Assembly: GCA_010909165.1 (NCBI GenBank)
Contig: VJWM01000218.1
Coordinates: 248,001 to 312,000 of the forward strand
Direction of reading: 5' to 3'
From: Anthoceros angustus
Lineage: Eukaryota > Plantae > Anthocerotophyta
Length of the DNA stretch: 64,000 nt
In this document: positions 51,086-64,000 of the stretch, in pieces
Position numbering within the stretch: position 1 is the stretch's first letter
How the letters are laid out: each line of letters starts with the position of its first letter
Translations under genes and position numbers: made by a program
Notes under the pieces: model-generated
The model's input: the letters and a program-made list of their open reading frames with translations, nothing else
Databases searched by the model: none
Told to the model about the DNA's origin: nothing

Positions 51086-54000
51086 TGCCAGCTCGATTCT
51101 ATGACTACTATCTTCCTGTTCATCAATTTGCTCGGCTGACAAGATGCCACTAATCATGGGCTGCTTGATACGAACAGCAGAGGTGGACTTTGCCACCATG
51201 TTGTCCACTACCATCAAAACAGCTTGGAGATGACATCCTACCACCACCATGGATTTCAGAAACTTCATCCCCTCACGACCATCTCCTGAGAAAACACCCA
51301 TTCTCGTGTATTCCTCTAGAGCATTGAACCCCTGCCTTGAAGTGACTCGTTTTGGACAATCATCATCGAAAAGGATTTGCAACAGCTTAGGATCTCATCA
51401 AGCGAAGTGCTGAAGGCAGGGTTGCTGGGGTTCTCATGATAGCTCAGACACATCTGCACGTCTTCGAAAGCCTGAATCCAGAGAAGCATCACAGAATATA
51501 ATGAGGATTCCGCAGTGATGCACCTTTTCTTGCCATCATGTGCTCATGCTCCACTGCATCTTTTAAAGACATGGTTATACTTCCGAGCAACAGGGTCTGC
51601 AAAACATCTCTCAAATGATCTGTTGCCAGATAGCCGAGGTACATCCTACATGAGCTGTAGGAATCATCCAAAGAGCTGATGGAGCGTCTTCTGTTCTCAG
51701 CAGCATCTGAAGGAACACTGCCAAGCAATTTCTTGATCAGTATCAAGTATATTGCCTCAGATGTCGGGAACTCCTCCTCCACTGCTTCTCTTATGAACCA
51801 CATAAGGGTGAATACGTTTCACAAAGTCAGAAAATCTGCGAACGTTTGACTCATTCACATGGCTCCATATCTCACTTGTGGCAAGAGTGGTGTTAAGGTC
51901 ATCAATGCCCACAAGACTCTTGAAATCCAGATCCTCCACCTCAGCATCCATCGCTAAACACTCATCCGCCAGCGCTCTGAAGAACTCACTCTGAAAGTCC
52001 ATAGTATCTTGCCAGCCTAAACCGGGCATTGGATGACCTAACTCCTCCTTACTTTTCACCTCTAAGCACAAGTCACAAACAACCTCATAAAAGCATGCCA
52101 GACGGCGTTTTTTCACACCATCTAGCTGAGGGTAAACATCTGCAATTAAGCTCTGCAAAATCTCCGCAGGATTAAGCCTCAGCTCATTCCAGAGCGTGGA
52201 AACTTCACTCCGTATTTCCTCCTCCGTTACCATGTCAGACAGGAGAATAGAACACACGTGCTGCTGAAGCACCTGCAAGAAGTACAAAGTGCTTAGAAAA
52301 CAACCTAGGTCCACAGAAGGCAAGCTAAAATTGCAATGAAAAAATAAACATTATACCAGGAACCTGCTGGCACCATGAAACTCTGCCAGTTCCAAGACCG
52401 CTGACAGAAGACTTAGCTGACGACCAGGCAATGACTCCACCATCCTCAAGACGGTACTCTGAATGTATGCCTTCTTGCCAGCTAAAAACCACTTCAACTC
52501 AGCATCTGGGACAATCTGCTTTATAGTCTCTGGATATTTGAGCAAGTCTCTCTTTCCTTCAATCCCCCGTTGCCACTCTTTCCAAAGACCAGATTCAGAA
52601 GCTTCTTCACCTGCCAGAACGAACCAATTGCATATGCATCATGCAAGTGGACAACTTACAACATCTTGATGCAGCAGAGATAGACATACCAAAAACACAG
52701 CATATTAATCACGAGCTCTGGTGGTCAGGGTCAGCAAGCAATAAAGAAAACTACCTAAATGCATCTATTTCTGTGCATTGCATACTAGCAATAAGGACAT
52801 GGCGCATTGTTCATACCCTTCATCCCAGAAGCATCTTGCAGTTGACAGAAAACCAATGCAGTGTTCATCAGCTGGACAATATCCTTGTAGTCAGGCCTAT
52901 TTTCCCACTCCTGCTCAAAAATGCGCATCGCAAGAACTGGATCCGACAAATTCAGAAGGTATCCGCATGAGACAACGTCCCCAACTCTACTAACAGGTGA
53001 ACTCAATGCTTTTTGGGCTAACTTTAAAAACAACTTATCATCTGGGCTGATAACGCTGTCCTCTGAAATTTGCACGTGGGGAGATGCCTGCTGGAAATCC
53101 GAGTTGGAAACTCGCTTTGCATGCATGTAGGTGGCTCGAGTCACTTCACCCCACTTGCCTTCTCCAATGTCTTCCAAGTTGGCATCCCCAGCCCCTGTCC
53201 AAACCCATTTCTACCAGCCAGGGCAGCTCCAAGCAGGAGAACCCAATGATCTTTTTCCGTGCAACCACCTCCGAACTATACAGGCTACCAATCTGCGTTA
53301 CTTTTGTGACCTTAGAAAGATACTCCCTTCCCCTCCTCCAGAATGCCAATGAGCTGCTAGATCCAGAGGCGGGAACCAATCCCTTGACCTCACCTTCAGA
53401 GGTCTCGCCTGGTTCACTGTTTAGCTCTGGCAAGGCACCATTGACCACAGCTGGAGCTGCAGGTCGTGGTGAATCAGATGGAGGAGACACTGGCCCTTCT
53501 TGTTCAGTTGGAATTGCTAAACGGCCGGTGTCATCCTCCAACTGCTGCAGATTGATGCTTGATTTTACTTCTGATAACAAACTTGCAATGTCCTCCTTCT
53601 GCACTAAATCGCAGTGGAGGAGAGCAAATTCAAGAAGCTCCTTTCGAGTGTCCAAGTCCAGCTGAGGATGTCGACCTAATGCAGCACAAACTTCCTGAAC
53701 TGGAATGTATCCCTTCCTGGCCACCTCAAGGCACAGTTCTCGAGCAAGCTCAATATCACCTGCGTCCAGAGCCCTCCGTGCAATTTCAACCTCAACCTCC
53801 GCAATATCTTCAAATGTGGTTAAGCCCAGAAGCTTTGTAACCTTGATGAGCTCTTGCACGTTCAAATATGAATTAGGGTGGGCTGATATTGCTCGTCTGA
53901 CAGCTTCCATTCATTTGACATTTGCCTAGACTCCATTGGTAACAGCGTGACACCCAGATTTGGAAGTCTGAATGAGATAGCCTCGTAGAGATCCGCCACT

Positions 54001-57000
54001 GCATTTGCACACTCACTCTCAAGTAGAAGCGCAAGGCACTGCTTGGCAAGGCCAACCTGAAGAGACAATTCATAAGTTTGATCAAACATTGCTCACTAAA
54101 ATGTACAACCAGGAACAGATCCATTCAAGGAGGGTTCATGACTGAAAGGATGACCAGTCACTTCCCAAGTAAGAGCACAAACCTCTACAGAGTCCAGGCT
54201 TGATGCAGAGTAAAGAATTCTCGGGCATACAGCACTATCTTCTCCACTTGTTCCATTAGGAGGAAAGCATTTCCATTACCCTTCAGATAACTCTTAGCAA
54301 GAGAAAGCTTGCCGGCCTTCAAAAGCCCTCGGCAGAATTCTGCCAGTAAAGAATCTCTCTCCAAGAAATTTGCTTCCTCATGGAGACCACGTAAGTCATG
54401 ACAAGAACCTGCCCAGTCACCATCGGATCTGGCGGGTTGCCGACGTGTAAACCTTGCAAGCAAGGTGCGCAGACGCTGCTTCCTAGCATTCAGATCATCC
54501 TGAGAGGCTAGCAGGGAAATCATGGAGACGTGTACCTGTCAAGCGGAAACAACTAAGCAATTGCAAAGACAAAACACTTTCTGTAACAAGGGTGCTGAAA
54601 GTGAATATCCCACACACCTGATAGCTTGAGAGGAAGCTTTCCAACTTCAACGTATGCCTCTGCTTGCTTGAGCCTTTCATTAAGTAAGAACCTCATTTAT
54701 CACTTGATTCCTGCCCTCGTCTTTGCTGTCTTCCAAAGCAGTGTCCACAAGAGGCAACATTGTTATCCCCCTCTTCACACCTGCGTGTCCGAAAACACTT
54801 GCAAAACCACCCCTCAAACCCTTCTGTGTTTAAGCATATCTTATCTAAAGTCTCCTTTACAATCCACTTCAGGTCTTTGATGCTTGGAAACAAACGTTGC
54901 ACAGCTTCTTTCCCAAAATCTGACCGCTTCCACTGAGCCTTGTATACCTCATCTGTATCCAGGGCGTGCTTCTCTGCCATTTTCAGTGCAAGGTCATACC
55001 TCCCTTGTTCAACATGAATGAGGAACATTTCTTGCACAGATCGCTCAACCATTGACCTGAGTCTCCACCCACACTTCCCGATGGAAGAGTCAAATTCAGG
55101 AAACCTCAACTTGGTCAATGACAACCACTCGAACAAAATTGTAAATCGAGAGGAAACACCCTGGTGTCCCTGGCTACTTCAGCTAGCTCCTCAAGGAAAA
55201 CACACGGCCCATCAACACCTGGGTAAGCCGGATGGAGGACAGTGAAGTGGGTGGGACATCAGCCCATATTCTCCTAAAAGATGGAACTTCAAGCAAATCT
55301 AGAATCCCATGTCGTCTACTTGCAACGAGCAGAGCATTCCCAGACCACCACCCAAAAATCCTCCACACCATGATGGAATACATTCCTTTCCTTCGCTTCC
55401 TGCAGCTCAGACATTGCTCTCGTCCTCAGATGTTTCAGCAATGGCCAGACCTTCAACCACCCAATCTTCCATCTTCATCAGAGCCATTAAGTGCAAGCTG
55501 CCATCAGGATTTAGTACTGCAAGATACTGGAAGCTGGGTGATATGCCGACTTTTGGCACAGCAAGGGTTCCTGGTGATGACCATAGCCTGGGCCATGCTG
55601 GCCAGTGAAAAAGCCTCTGCGGAGTTGTACTGCAGAAAAAAACCTCTAATGAAGCGGGAGAACCAGATAATCCCCAGAGAGAGAGAGTGAAAATCTGCCT
55701 GCATTCAAAACCAATTAACCTATGAGAAACATATGCTAATAACAGATCCAAAAATCAAATTGACCAAATTGTGAGCTTACAGAGGATATCAGTAACTCCA
55801 ACGCAAGACTTACATCCTTTCCTGGACCAATCACGGCCAGGGCAGACTGTTCAGGATGGAAACAAAGTGACCAAACTCCCCACGGATGCTGGCCTCTCAC
55901 AGTCCATGTGCTGTCTGGTGCATGATGGGTTGGAAGAAGAGGAACAGATTCCTTGTTGACTTCATCGATAAGCGTGCCATCAGATGTCATGACGACAACA
56001 TCATACCTGAGTGGGGCAGCGAGGCTTTAGAAAATTCGCAGCTCCTGCTAACCATGACAGCGCCGAAGACTACATCTGAATGCAACAGCCCAGCAACCAT
56101 CTCAGATGAATGCTGTATTCAACCAGCCATGCCATTCAAAGCGAGTTGCACGAGCTTCAGGTGCAATCCTGAAACAGCCCAGCTTACCTACAACTTCTCA
56201 TCCTTCCTAAGCTACACCCCAACAACAGCCAAACAACCAACCTTTTAACTCTTGAACCAGGGGTTCGTGCAATAAATAATCCCACAATCTGGGTTTCTCC
56301 ATCAGGCACGATGACCCTGCTAATTTCCGTTGCCTTGGAATCCAAAAAGTAAATTAAATTGGCGCTGCTAGCGACCACAAGCGTATTCCATTCATCAATC
56401 CATGCGCCATGAACAAACTCCTCAGTCTGGGAGGGAGCTGCCAAAAGTGACGTACAGTCAGCCCCACCCTGATGAACCAACTGACCATCAAAATGACCAA
56501 ACCTGTCAAGATGCGTACCACTGAAGACCCCAACCGGATGCTTGTAGTCATCGGTCTGACTCAAAATTGTTGGGTCTGGGGTGACCCGGGTTGGGTTTGT
56601 GTTTGTTGGGTCAGACCCAGAACAAGGGTGCAAATGCAAAGACAAACACATCACAGAATGTGTTTGTCTTTGCATTTGCACCCTTGTTACAGAATGTGTT
56701 TGTCATGGGTTGTCTTTGCATTTGCATTTGGTCTTTGTGTTTGTTGGGTCTGGGGTGACCCGGGTTGCCGGTGGCATACAGAGGTATATACATATTCATA
56801 TGGCAGATTGAGAGGGTATGGACTACAGGTCATGCTCGCTCTGCACGAGGGAGTCAGCGGGCCCCGTACCTGGCCACCTGATTTTTACAGCTAGCCGTCG
56901 TCGTGGTGTGAGACCTTGAGAACAGTGTCCAGATTCAAATTAAGTTGAGGCGTGTGTGAGGAAATCTCACACGGTCAGGGAATGGCAATTTCAAACAGAT

Positions 57001-57124
57001 TTGTAAAAGCTATTCAAGATTTGCATTTGAATGGTTTTAGATTAGTATGTACCTCGGAAACGAGATCCTGAAAGCCTTGTTGCAGCAGTTCTCCAGCTTC
57101 ATTTAAGCCTTGAAACTCTTCCAT
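51085..57124 (-). CDS. MIP2: NBAS/Sec39-domain protein (MAG2-interacting protein 2); many frameshifts, apparently 3'-truncated
   Basis: TILSQTDDYKHPVGVF, HGAW, GWWSGNALLVA, WRLRSMVERSVQEM, ALDTDEVYKAQW, FTRRQPARSDGDW, AEFCRGLLKAGKLSLAKSYLKG, RLPNLGVTLLP, RKELLEFALLHC, GYLLNL; probable first exon MEEFQG... at 57124. Confidence 0.82.
56569..56767. repeat. ~200 bp insertion with a perfect 31-bp hairpin and 25-bp flanking direct repeats
   Basis: Stem 56621-56651/56658-56688, loop cacaga; gttgggtctggggtgacccgggttg at both ends. Confidence 0.9.
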
Positions 57125-57199
57125 GTTAAAATGATAGCATTAGCCCTTAGGGCACGCTTCATTATTTAAGTCATTAGAGCTCAAGCGCCACCTTGAATG

Positions 57200-60100
57200 G
57201 TCACCATTCAAAACGGTTACGCACAACACCGCTTGGGCAATGGCCAAGCCTACATTCGAACATTCTCTGTACTCTTATGCAATCTAATGTAAGATCCGAC
57301 GCATCGATTCTTCACATAGTATCGAGTGGGCCCCGCTCTACCTATCCGGCCACCCCATGACATCCATGCGTCTCCTCATCATGCACAGGAGCCATAAGGC
57401 GCCAACGCCTCGAAAAGAGAGCAAGGGCAAGCAGAACATTTAGAAAATGTCGGATCACTTAGAGAGCAAAGGAATCTTAAAGAAGCGGGAGAAAACTTGT
57501 GGCATTACGGTGGGCGTTACGCGGTGTCCTGCTGCTAATTGGGGAAGAAATTCTCTTAAGAGGTCACATTGACCCAACAGACGATTGGTCTTATCGCAGT
57601 TGAATTTTGTTTCACCAACCATGAAGAAACAATTCACTACAACCTGGACGTAATTGCCCCAATTTCCCATGAAGCTCAACAAGTCACATCTTGCCTAGGA
57701 AACCTAAGCCGCCAACATGGCCTCTACCAACTTCCATCCGCAAAGACATAGAAGACACCCACAATTAGTAATTGAAAAATTGATGTTGGACCAACCACAT
57801 GCCCACATAAAATCTCCCCAGCGAACGTCTGAGTCCTTATTACTATGCAAATAGAAATATCTACCCTACTCGAAACATAGTTTTGAGTCTAGAAACCGAC
57901 ACACACAAGATGTCAACCTCTCACCTCTCCTTGTCCAAGGAGGACAAGTTCGATGGCCAACACAATTTCCATACGGAAATTCGGGATGACCAACATCCTC
58001 AAAGCAAGCTACGGGGCTACGTCGGCGGGTAGGCAACCCCAGTCCCCATACCTTTCCCATGGCGGGAACCCAAGACAAAAGGCAGCGAGGACCACAACCA
58101 ACAAGCTAAAATGTTCTCATGCAAAGCATGAAGCAAAACCGCGGCTCGAGGGCGACCAGTGACAGACTGGACACGGTACATGAAATCTATAGCGACGACA
58201 TTATGCATACAATACACACCATCAAGAGCTACCTCGGCCTCGCGCATGGCGGAGGGTGACCATGTGACCACCATGCAATGGTGTTTCGAGCCCGGATGAA
58301 GTTCCGTGCCCTTGGCTTCAACATCCCGAGGAGCTCCTAGCAATTCGCTATCAACACTACCGGAATCGTGGGTCGGTCGTGCAAAGCTTACGGGGCATTC
58401 AACCTCTAATCAACAAGGTACTCGCTTTACAGAGGAAGGCGGGAAGGTCTTCGCTCACGCCAGGAGAACCCTCCTCCAGTGCCTTCTTCACGGAAGAGGG
58501 AGGCAAGGTCGCGGGCGAGGCAATTTTCCGGAACAAACCGGCACCCCTAGAGGGCGGGCTCCTTTCCCAGCCGTGGCGGTAGGTACATACAACCCTTCAT
58601 GGAAGCCCTGCACTCGCAAAATCCCTAGACACACACGAGGAATGCTGGGAAAAGATTAGGCTCTTCTAACAACTACAATCAACATTCAGACGGTGGCCTT
58701 AACCATGCACACTCCAAGGCTTTCTTTACTCCGTTAGCCATGAAACACCACCTACTAGCACACCCTCGGCTCTTGTAGCTTCCTGCTTTTCAGCACAAGG
58801 AACATGCAGTACATAGATTAGAGCTTCGCGACATGACTCCCCACAAGGAATACTTCACAAGCCTCAACCTCTGGCACAATCCAACTTTGTTAGCCTTGGT
58901 GACAACTCCAAACACCACATAATAGGGTCGGATTCAGACCTAAGCGTCCAACCTAATTCAACCACAAAATTTGACGTCCTCTTAGTACGGACTCACCAAA
59001 ATCTCTTTTCATGCGTAAGGTTGATCAGCCGGATGCTACGTTTGTTTGGAGATGGCCATTGCGTCATAGAAACCCCACAAAAGCGATCGATTGCCACAGG
59101 CGACCTTAAGAACGATGATTTGTACCACCTACGGGTTAGCCACCCCTCTTCACTCTCTGGCTGAGACAAAATCGACCTTTCTGCATGACTTGGGCACATG
59201 AAGCGTAGAATGCAGGATATGATTAAAACACAAGCCGCTCATGGTATTCCTCTTACCAATATCGAGGACTTGATGCTCTGCGCATGCTCCCTCGGAGTCA
59301 CGCTCCCTTCCCTAAGGCATCCTACACACGAGCTACCAAGCGGCGGTTAGTGCATTCCGACCTATGCGGGCCTTTCAAAGCATCCCTATTTGGATATACA
59401 TATTTCATCTTTGTGTCAGCGACTTCACTCGATTCACCGTATATACATCCTCAAGAACAAGGCCCAAGCATTCCCATGCTTTAAAGAGTACAAGATATGG
59501 TCGGAGAAGCAAGCGGGTGACACCTTACTCACCTCGGATCGGGGCACGGTGGTGAATCTTGCTCCACCAATTTTCCACCTTACGCAAGGAACACGATTCA
59601 TCGACACACCCACACACCTCTCGGCGGAATGGGGTCGTGAGCGGATGAACCGAACTATACAAAATTGCGGGCTAGCCATGCTTATTCATGCAAAGCTCAA
59701 ATCCCTCGGCGAGGCGCAATGCAACATCTTGTCTACATTGGTAATGCACAATTACCTCATCCCTCTCACAGGCACTCCATATGCACGGGCAGCAATAAGC
59801 CGGATTTATCCTCCTTGCGGTCTTTGCTCTGTATGCTCATGTTCCCAAGGTTATCGAGGACAAAACTCGACAACAAGGCACAAAAGCTTACATTTATCGG
59901 CTTCACCAGGGATCAAAGGATACAAGCTAATCCACCCTCAACGCACAAGGTGACCCATTCTCGCGGCGTCACATTTCTTGAGGATATGTCCGACCACATC
60001 CGGTGGGAGTTTCTTCACAATCTAGGCAATGGCGACAATGGTTATGGACTTCCTACGCCACTTTCCAGCTGCAACCGCCCAAACCTCGGCCCTCCACTCG

Positions 60101-60600
60101 GCCCGTGCCACCACGCCGGCCCCTACGGCCCCTTATCACTCAGACACACCACAACCCATCACATTCGGAGATTTCGACCGATCTTGGCCCCTCACCTACC
60201 TCAGGCGCCCTCAAGCCCTGCCCAGCGCCATGGCTCTCGAAGAGGCGGGTGGAGGCTCATGAGACCGCGGATCGGAGGCGATGACCTCCATTATAGCGAA
60301 CTGGTGCGCACAGGACACCCTCAATCCGACAATTTCCGATCCGGTAGGAGAGCTCGGCGAGCGCCCACAAGATCGGCGGAGCACCACATCTGGCGGCGCG
60401 AGCACGACACCGGTCTTCCTCACGGCATCCCCATGGCTGCAAACCGCGCTCTCAACAGTGGCGCCCGATCACTTGCGGTAGCCAGGACACCTCTCAGCAC
60501 TTGGGACCGGGATCAGACCTCTTGTATGGCACACAAGCTACATCGCAGCGCACTCGAGGCACGGAGGCAGCCACAGACGGTATACGGCATGGTACTTATT
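57200..60600 (+). mobile_element. Decayed Ty1/copia LTR retrotransposon
   Basis: Degenerate tRNA-Met PBS (ca|tagtatcgag, 57317); pre-integrase H*LGHM; LVHSDLCGP; ERMNRTI; KLDNKAQKLTFIGF; KGYKL; no intact RT seen. Confidence 0.8.
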
Positions 60601-60861
60601 CACAACTCAACTCTCCTACACTTACAGATGCGGGCTCTTCTCCACACACGGCAGTTCAAGTCCTGGCTTTTCAACAAATTGCTCAACAAACATTTGGACA
60701 TCATCCCGATTCCCAGAGAGGCAAACCAATATATATACTTTGAGTTTTCTAATTATAATAATCGGATATTCAATCAATGTCAGACACTCAAGATGACAAC
60801 AATATTTCGATCCTCATTTTGAGAGTCGCCATGCAGATACTAATCTCGTGACTCTGGTTTA

Positions 60862-61150
60862 GTTTGATTAGTGTTAATTAATCTAATTACTTATCTTTAA
60901 GTAATTAGTGTTAATTAATCTAAAGTGCTTATGTTAATTAAGCATTGATTAGTGTTAATTAATCTAATGCTTATGTTAATTAAGCATTGATTAGTGTTAA
61001 TTAAACATGGTTAGCAATAGCTAAGTGGATAAGCTCAAGTAATATGCTTTGGCATATTCCTTGCATATTATAGTGTATTCTTAGGATACAATAGCTAAGT
61101 GGATAAGCTCAAGTGCATATTCCTTGCATATTATAGTGTATTCTTAGGAT
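60862..61150. repeat. AT-rich tandem repeats (GATTAGTGTTAATTAATCTAA units) plus a ~73 bp duplication
   Basis: attagtgttaattaa x4; caatagctaagtggataagctcaagt x2. Confidence 0.85.
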
Positions 61151-61363
61151 ATTTCCGCATATGCCGATGCCAATAGGATATCTTAGGAATATGCTGTGGT
61201 CTAGTATATAGACCCTTCCATTGAGGACAAGCATCATAGCTTGTCCTCTAGATATGCAATGCAAGAGCGTTGTGAGGAGGCCAAAGCCATGACCCGAGAG
61301 CGGGAATTTGCGTTGTTCGTGGGGAGTGTGTTTGCGCACCACGCGCGAGCTACTCCCTCCCGT

Positions 61364-64000
61364 TGTTACATCTACCAGCTATGTGCATGCTAGATGCCAG
61401 GCGATGCTAGGCGATGCTAGGCGAGGCGATGCTAGGTGATGCTAGGCGATGCTAGGCGATGCTAGGCGAGGCCCAAGTCAAGGCCAAGGAGGAGGCGAAG
61501 AAGCCCAAGCGTGCTAGGAGAGGAGGCGAAGAAGCCCAAGTCCAAGGCCAAGGAGAGGAGGCGAAGAAGCCCAAGTCCAAGGCCAAGGAGAGGAGGCCTG
61601 CGCCAAGGAGAGGAGGCGAAGCCCAAGTCCAAGGCCAAGGAGAGGAGGCGAAGAAGCCCAAGTCCAAGGCCAAGGAGAGGAGGCGAAGCCCAAGTCCAAG
61701 GCCAAGGAGAGGAAGAAGCCCAAGTCCAAGGCCAAGGAGAGGAGGCGAAGAAGCCCAAGTCCAAGGCCAAGGAGAGGAGGCGAAGAAGCCCAAGTCAAGG
61801 CCAAGGAGAGGAGGCGAAGAAGCCCAAGTCCAAGGCCAAGGAGAGGAGAGGAGGCGAAGAAGCCCAAGTCCAAGGCCAAGGAGAGGAGGCGAAGAAGCCC
61901 AAGTCCAAGGCCAAGCCCAAGTCCAAGGCCAAGGGAGAAACAAGAGTATTTTACTCTCCCCTGGATTCAAGGGGAAGCGGATAGACATGGGTATGTCATC
62001 AGTCCATGTTTGATTTCACTTTCTGTCCAAAACTCCTAGTTCGGCACCCCATCCAGGTACTCTATCGGTTTTGAGTTCCTATGCCTGCTATCCAACTCAC
62101 CCAGCTCACATTTTTGACTGATAGCCTGCAGAGTATTTGTATGCGATTTTAACATGCATAGATACTTAGAGGTTTCACTAATCACGATCTAAGATAGCGG
62201 GGTGTGTTAACCTTGATTAAGGGTTTGATCTAGCCACTAACCGGAGTGCATGCCGACACACTCGATCCGACGGAGCTACCAACCAAGTCCATCGAGCGAA
62301 TCAAGTCCCACCAAGAGAGAAGTGCGAACACTCGATTTTGGTACCCAAGGACGGAGGAACCCAGACACAATCAACAATCTTTGAAGGATCCGTGAGTGGC
62401 AACACACAAGACACGTTAGTGCCGGACAACTGTGAAGCGACGAGGAGGACTTGTCTCTTGGAGTCGCCAAGATGGAGGAGACAAGGATCGAATGGAGTTG
62501 TTCAGGGCGGGCACCTTGCCACGGAGGACTTCATCGAGAAGTACGGTGCGGTGCGGAGATGGAATTGAAGACCGGATACACGAGCGATACGGCTTCATCC
62601 AAATGCCAAGTACTTGGGGATGAAGCATTGCATCGCGAGCACAAGGCGAGGTTGTTGAGCGACATCCGGAGGACCAGAGTAGCGCTCATCTGGGAACGGG
62701 GCAGAAAGGCACCAGTGGGCACGATCCCATCAAGAGATGTTGACATCTTCCGCTGGAGTTTCCTGCAAGCACGGATGAGAAGATCTCCGACACACTTCAA
62801 GATGAAGTCAAAGACTCAAGATGGCTTATCAAGAATCGACCAGTGGTACGTGACACCAAGATCATGAGTGACCGGCAGAGAAGTACTTGCAGGCATTGCC
62901 ATATGCACTGCATGAAGGTGCAACAAGCGGTGCACAAGACGAAGGGCAACACTACACCCTCAAGGAAGTGTACGAGATGGTCGACAAGATAGGGCCCAGA
63001 CACTTTCTCTGGTTGCAAGTGATTACTCCAAAGACAAGTAGGAGTGGTGGACGACATGACCGACGCGGAGGTCGAGTGGAGGAGCTCGAGACAAGCCCCC
63101 ACACCCCAAGTGACGAGCCCGTGAGGTGCCGAGGACGGACCATTCCCTCATGAGTGCGAGCATGCATTCGGAGGAGTCAAGGGTGAGGAGCCCTAGTGGG
63201 AGGTATGGGCACAATGAAGCGGCATGTTGGGAGAAGCATCCGAATGCGTCAGGTTATCGAGCAGCAACCCCGGCCAATGCATCTACGCCAACCTCATCCA
63301 CAAAATCGAAGAGCAAAGGCGTGGAGGAGGCACTGAAGTCCCGTGGACAAAAGAAACGGGAAGCATCAAAGAAGACGATGGATGCTACGGGCACGCCTTG
63401 CAAAGCGGAGAAGTTGGTGAAGGCGAAGATCAAGGAGAGCGCAGTCATCATCGGAGGACGAAGAAGATGAGCACAAGCTTGGATACATGGCGACGTGACC
63501 ATCCAAGGGCAGGAAGAAACCTCCGCAGCTACGAGAGAAGATAGCTCGAGGAGGAAGAGGATGTCTTGACACCCAGCGGAAGACACGGAAGGAAGCTTGG
63601 GATCCTCTTCCGAACCTATGCCAAGATGCCAAAGTCGTTTGAGCCATTGCCAGGAGCAACGTGGGAGCAACATCAAAGTCCGTGAGTGGCGATGTGGAGA
63701 AACCCATGCATTGCCGACGGAGACGATGGCACAAAAGCTCGGAGATGCCATGTTTCACCTACAAGACATGGGGTTGAGCGTGAAGGAAGTCGGGGTTTGA
63801 CTGGATGTTGACAACCCTTGAAGACGAAGTGTCCAAGATGTGTGCAACAGTGCAATGATGTCATTGCCGACCTCGGAGCCAAGCATCTCGTGGAGAAGCG
63901 GAATGCCGCACAGTGGGAGTGGCTTTGGTCAACAATCGGAGAGGCACATTGAAATCAATGGATTCGCACCAAGGAGGTGTTGATTGACACCGAGCACACC
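61364..64000 (+). mobile_element. Decayed Ty3/gypsy-like element: possible LTR (~61364-62211), gag, and protease start running off the window
   Basis: Zinc-knuckle remnant GHNEAACWEKHP; aspartic protease-like IEING...EVLIDT at the window end; TGTTACA...GTGTTAAC possible LTR ends. Confidence 0.6.
61388..61935. repeat. Minisatellite: GATGCTAGGC 10-mers, then ~32-40 bp AAGCCCAAGTCCAAGGCCAAGGAGAGGAGGCG units (>10 copies)
   Basis: Direct inspection. Confidence 0.95.

Noticed and set aside
29208-57124. Clustering of trafficking genes (VAMP72, BET3, MIP2) as a functional cluster
   Set aside because: They act in different transport steps and there is no evidence of co-regulation; likely coincidence
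46604-57124. Frameshifts as programmed recoding or proof of pseudogenisation
   Set aside because: Many are 1-2 bp losses in short runs, typical of long-read error; this cannot be resolved without reads
61452-62013. Long ORFs on both strands resembling SR or Lys-rich proteins
   Set aside because: They arise from a stop-free minisatellite whose variable unit lengths do not preserve frame

Overview
Gene-dense nuclear DNA from a non-seed land plant, with short GT-AG introns and roughly 50% GC. It is most likely a hornwort, because the window carries a PLS-class PPR gene ending in a DYW:KP domain with a C-terminal GRP tripeptide. Many small indels, especially after about 40 kb, suggest residual long-read errors, so pseudogene calls are tentative. 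Layout: (1) 0.3-12 kb is repeat-rich, with a decayed CRE-like RLE non-LTR retrotransposon, several tandem duplications and a small acidic MPSG-type gene. (2) An AT-rich island holds a DUF26/Gnk2 secreted protein. (3) A housekeeping block contains HISN6, ITPK4, an AGC2 kinase, TIMELESS, VAMP72 and BET3. (4) 31-51 kb is heavily rearranged, with decayed PPR paralogues, six full or partial copies of a diverged VAMP72 derivative around an invertible 1.17-kb spacer (including a ~3.9-kb palindrome), an OSB-type PDF-motif N-terminus, the DYW:KP(GRP) PPR gene and a truncated SABATH/MIP2 junction present twice. (5) NBAS/MIP2 carries a hairpin insertion. (6) Decayed copia and gypsy elements close the window. 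Most notable inference: a PPR family with the architecture transit peptide + PDF (ssDNA-binding-type) motif + PLS array + E + DYW:KP(GRP), a candidate U-to-C RNA editor carrying an extra nucleic-acid-binding module.
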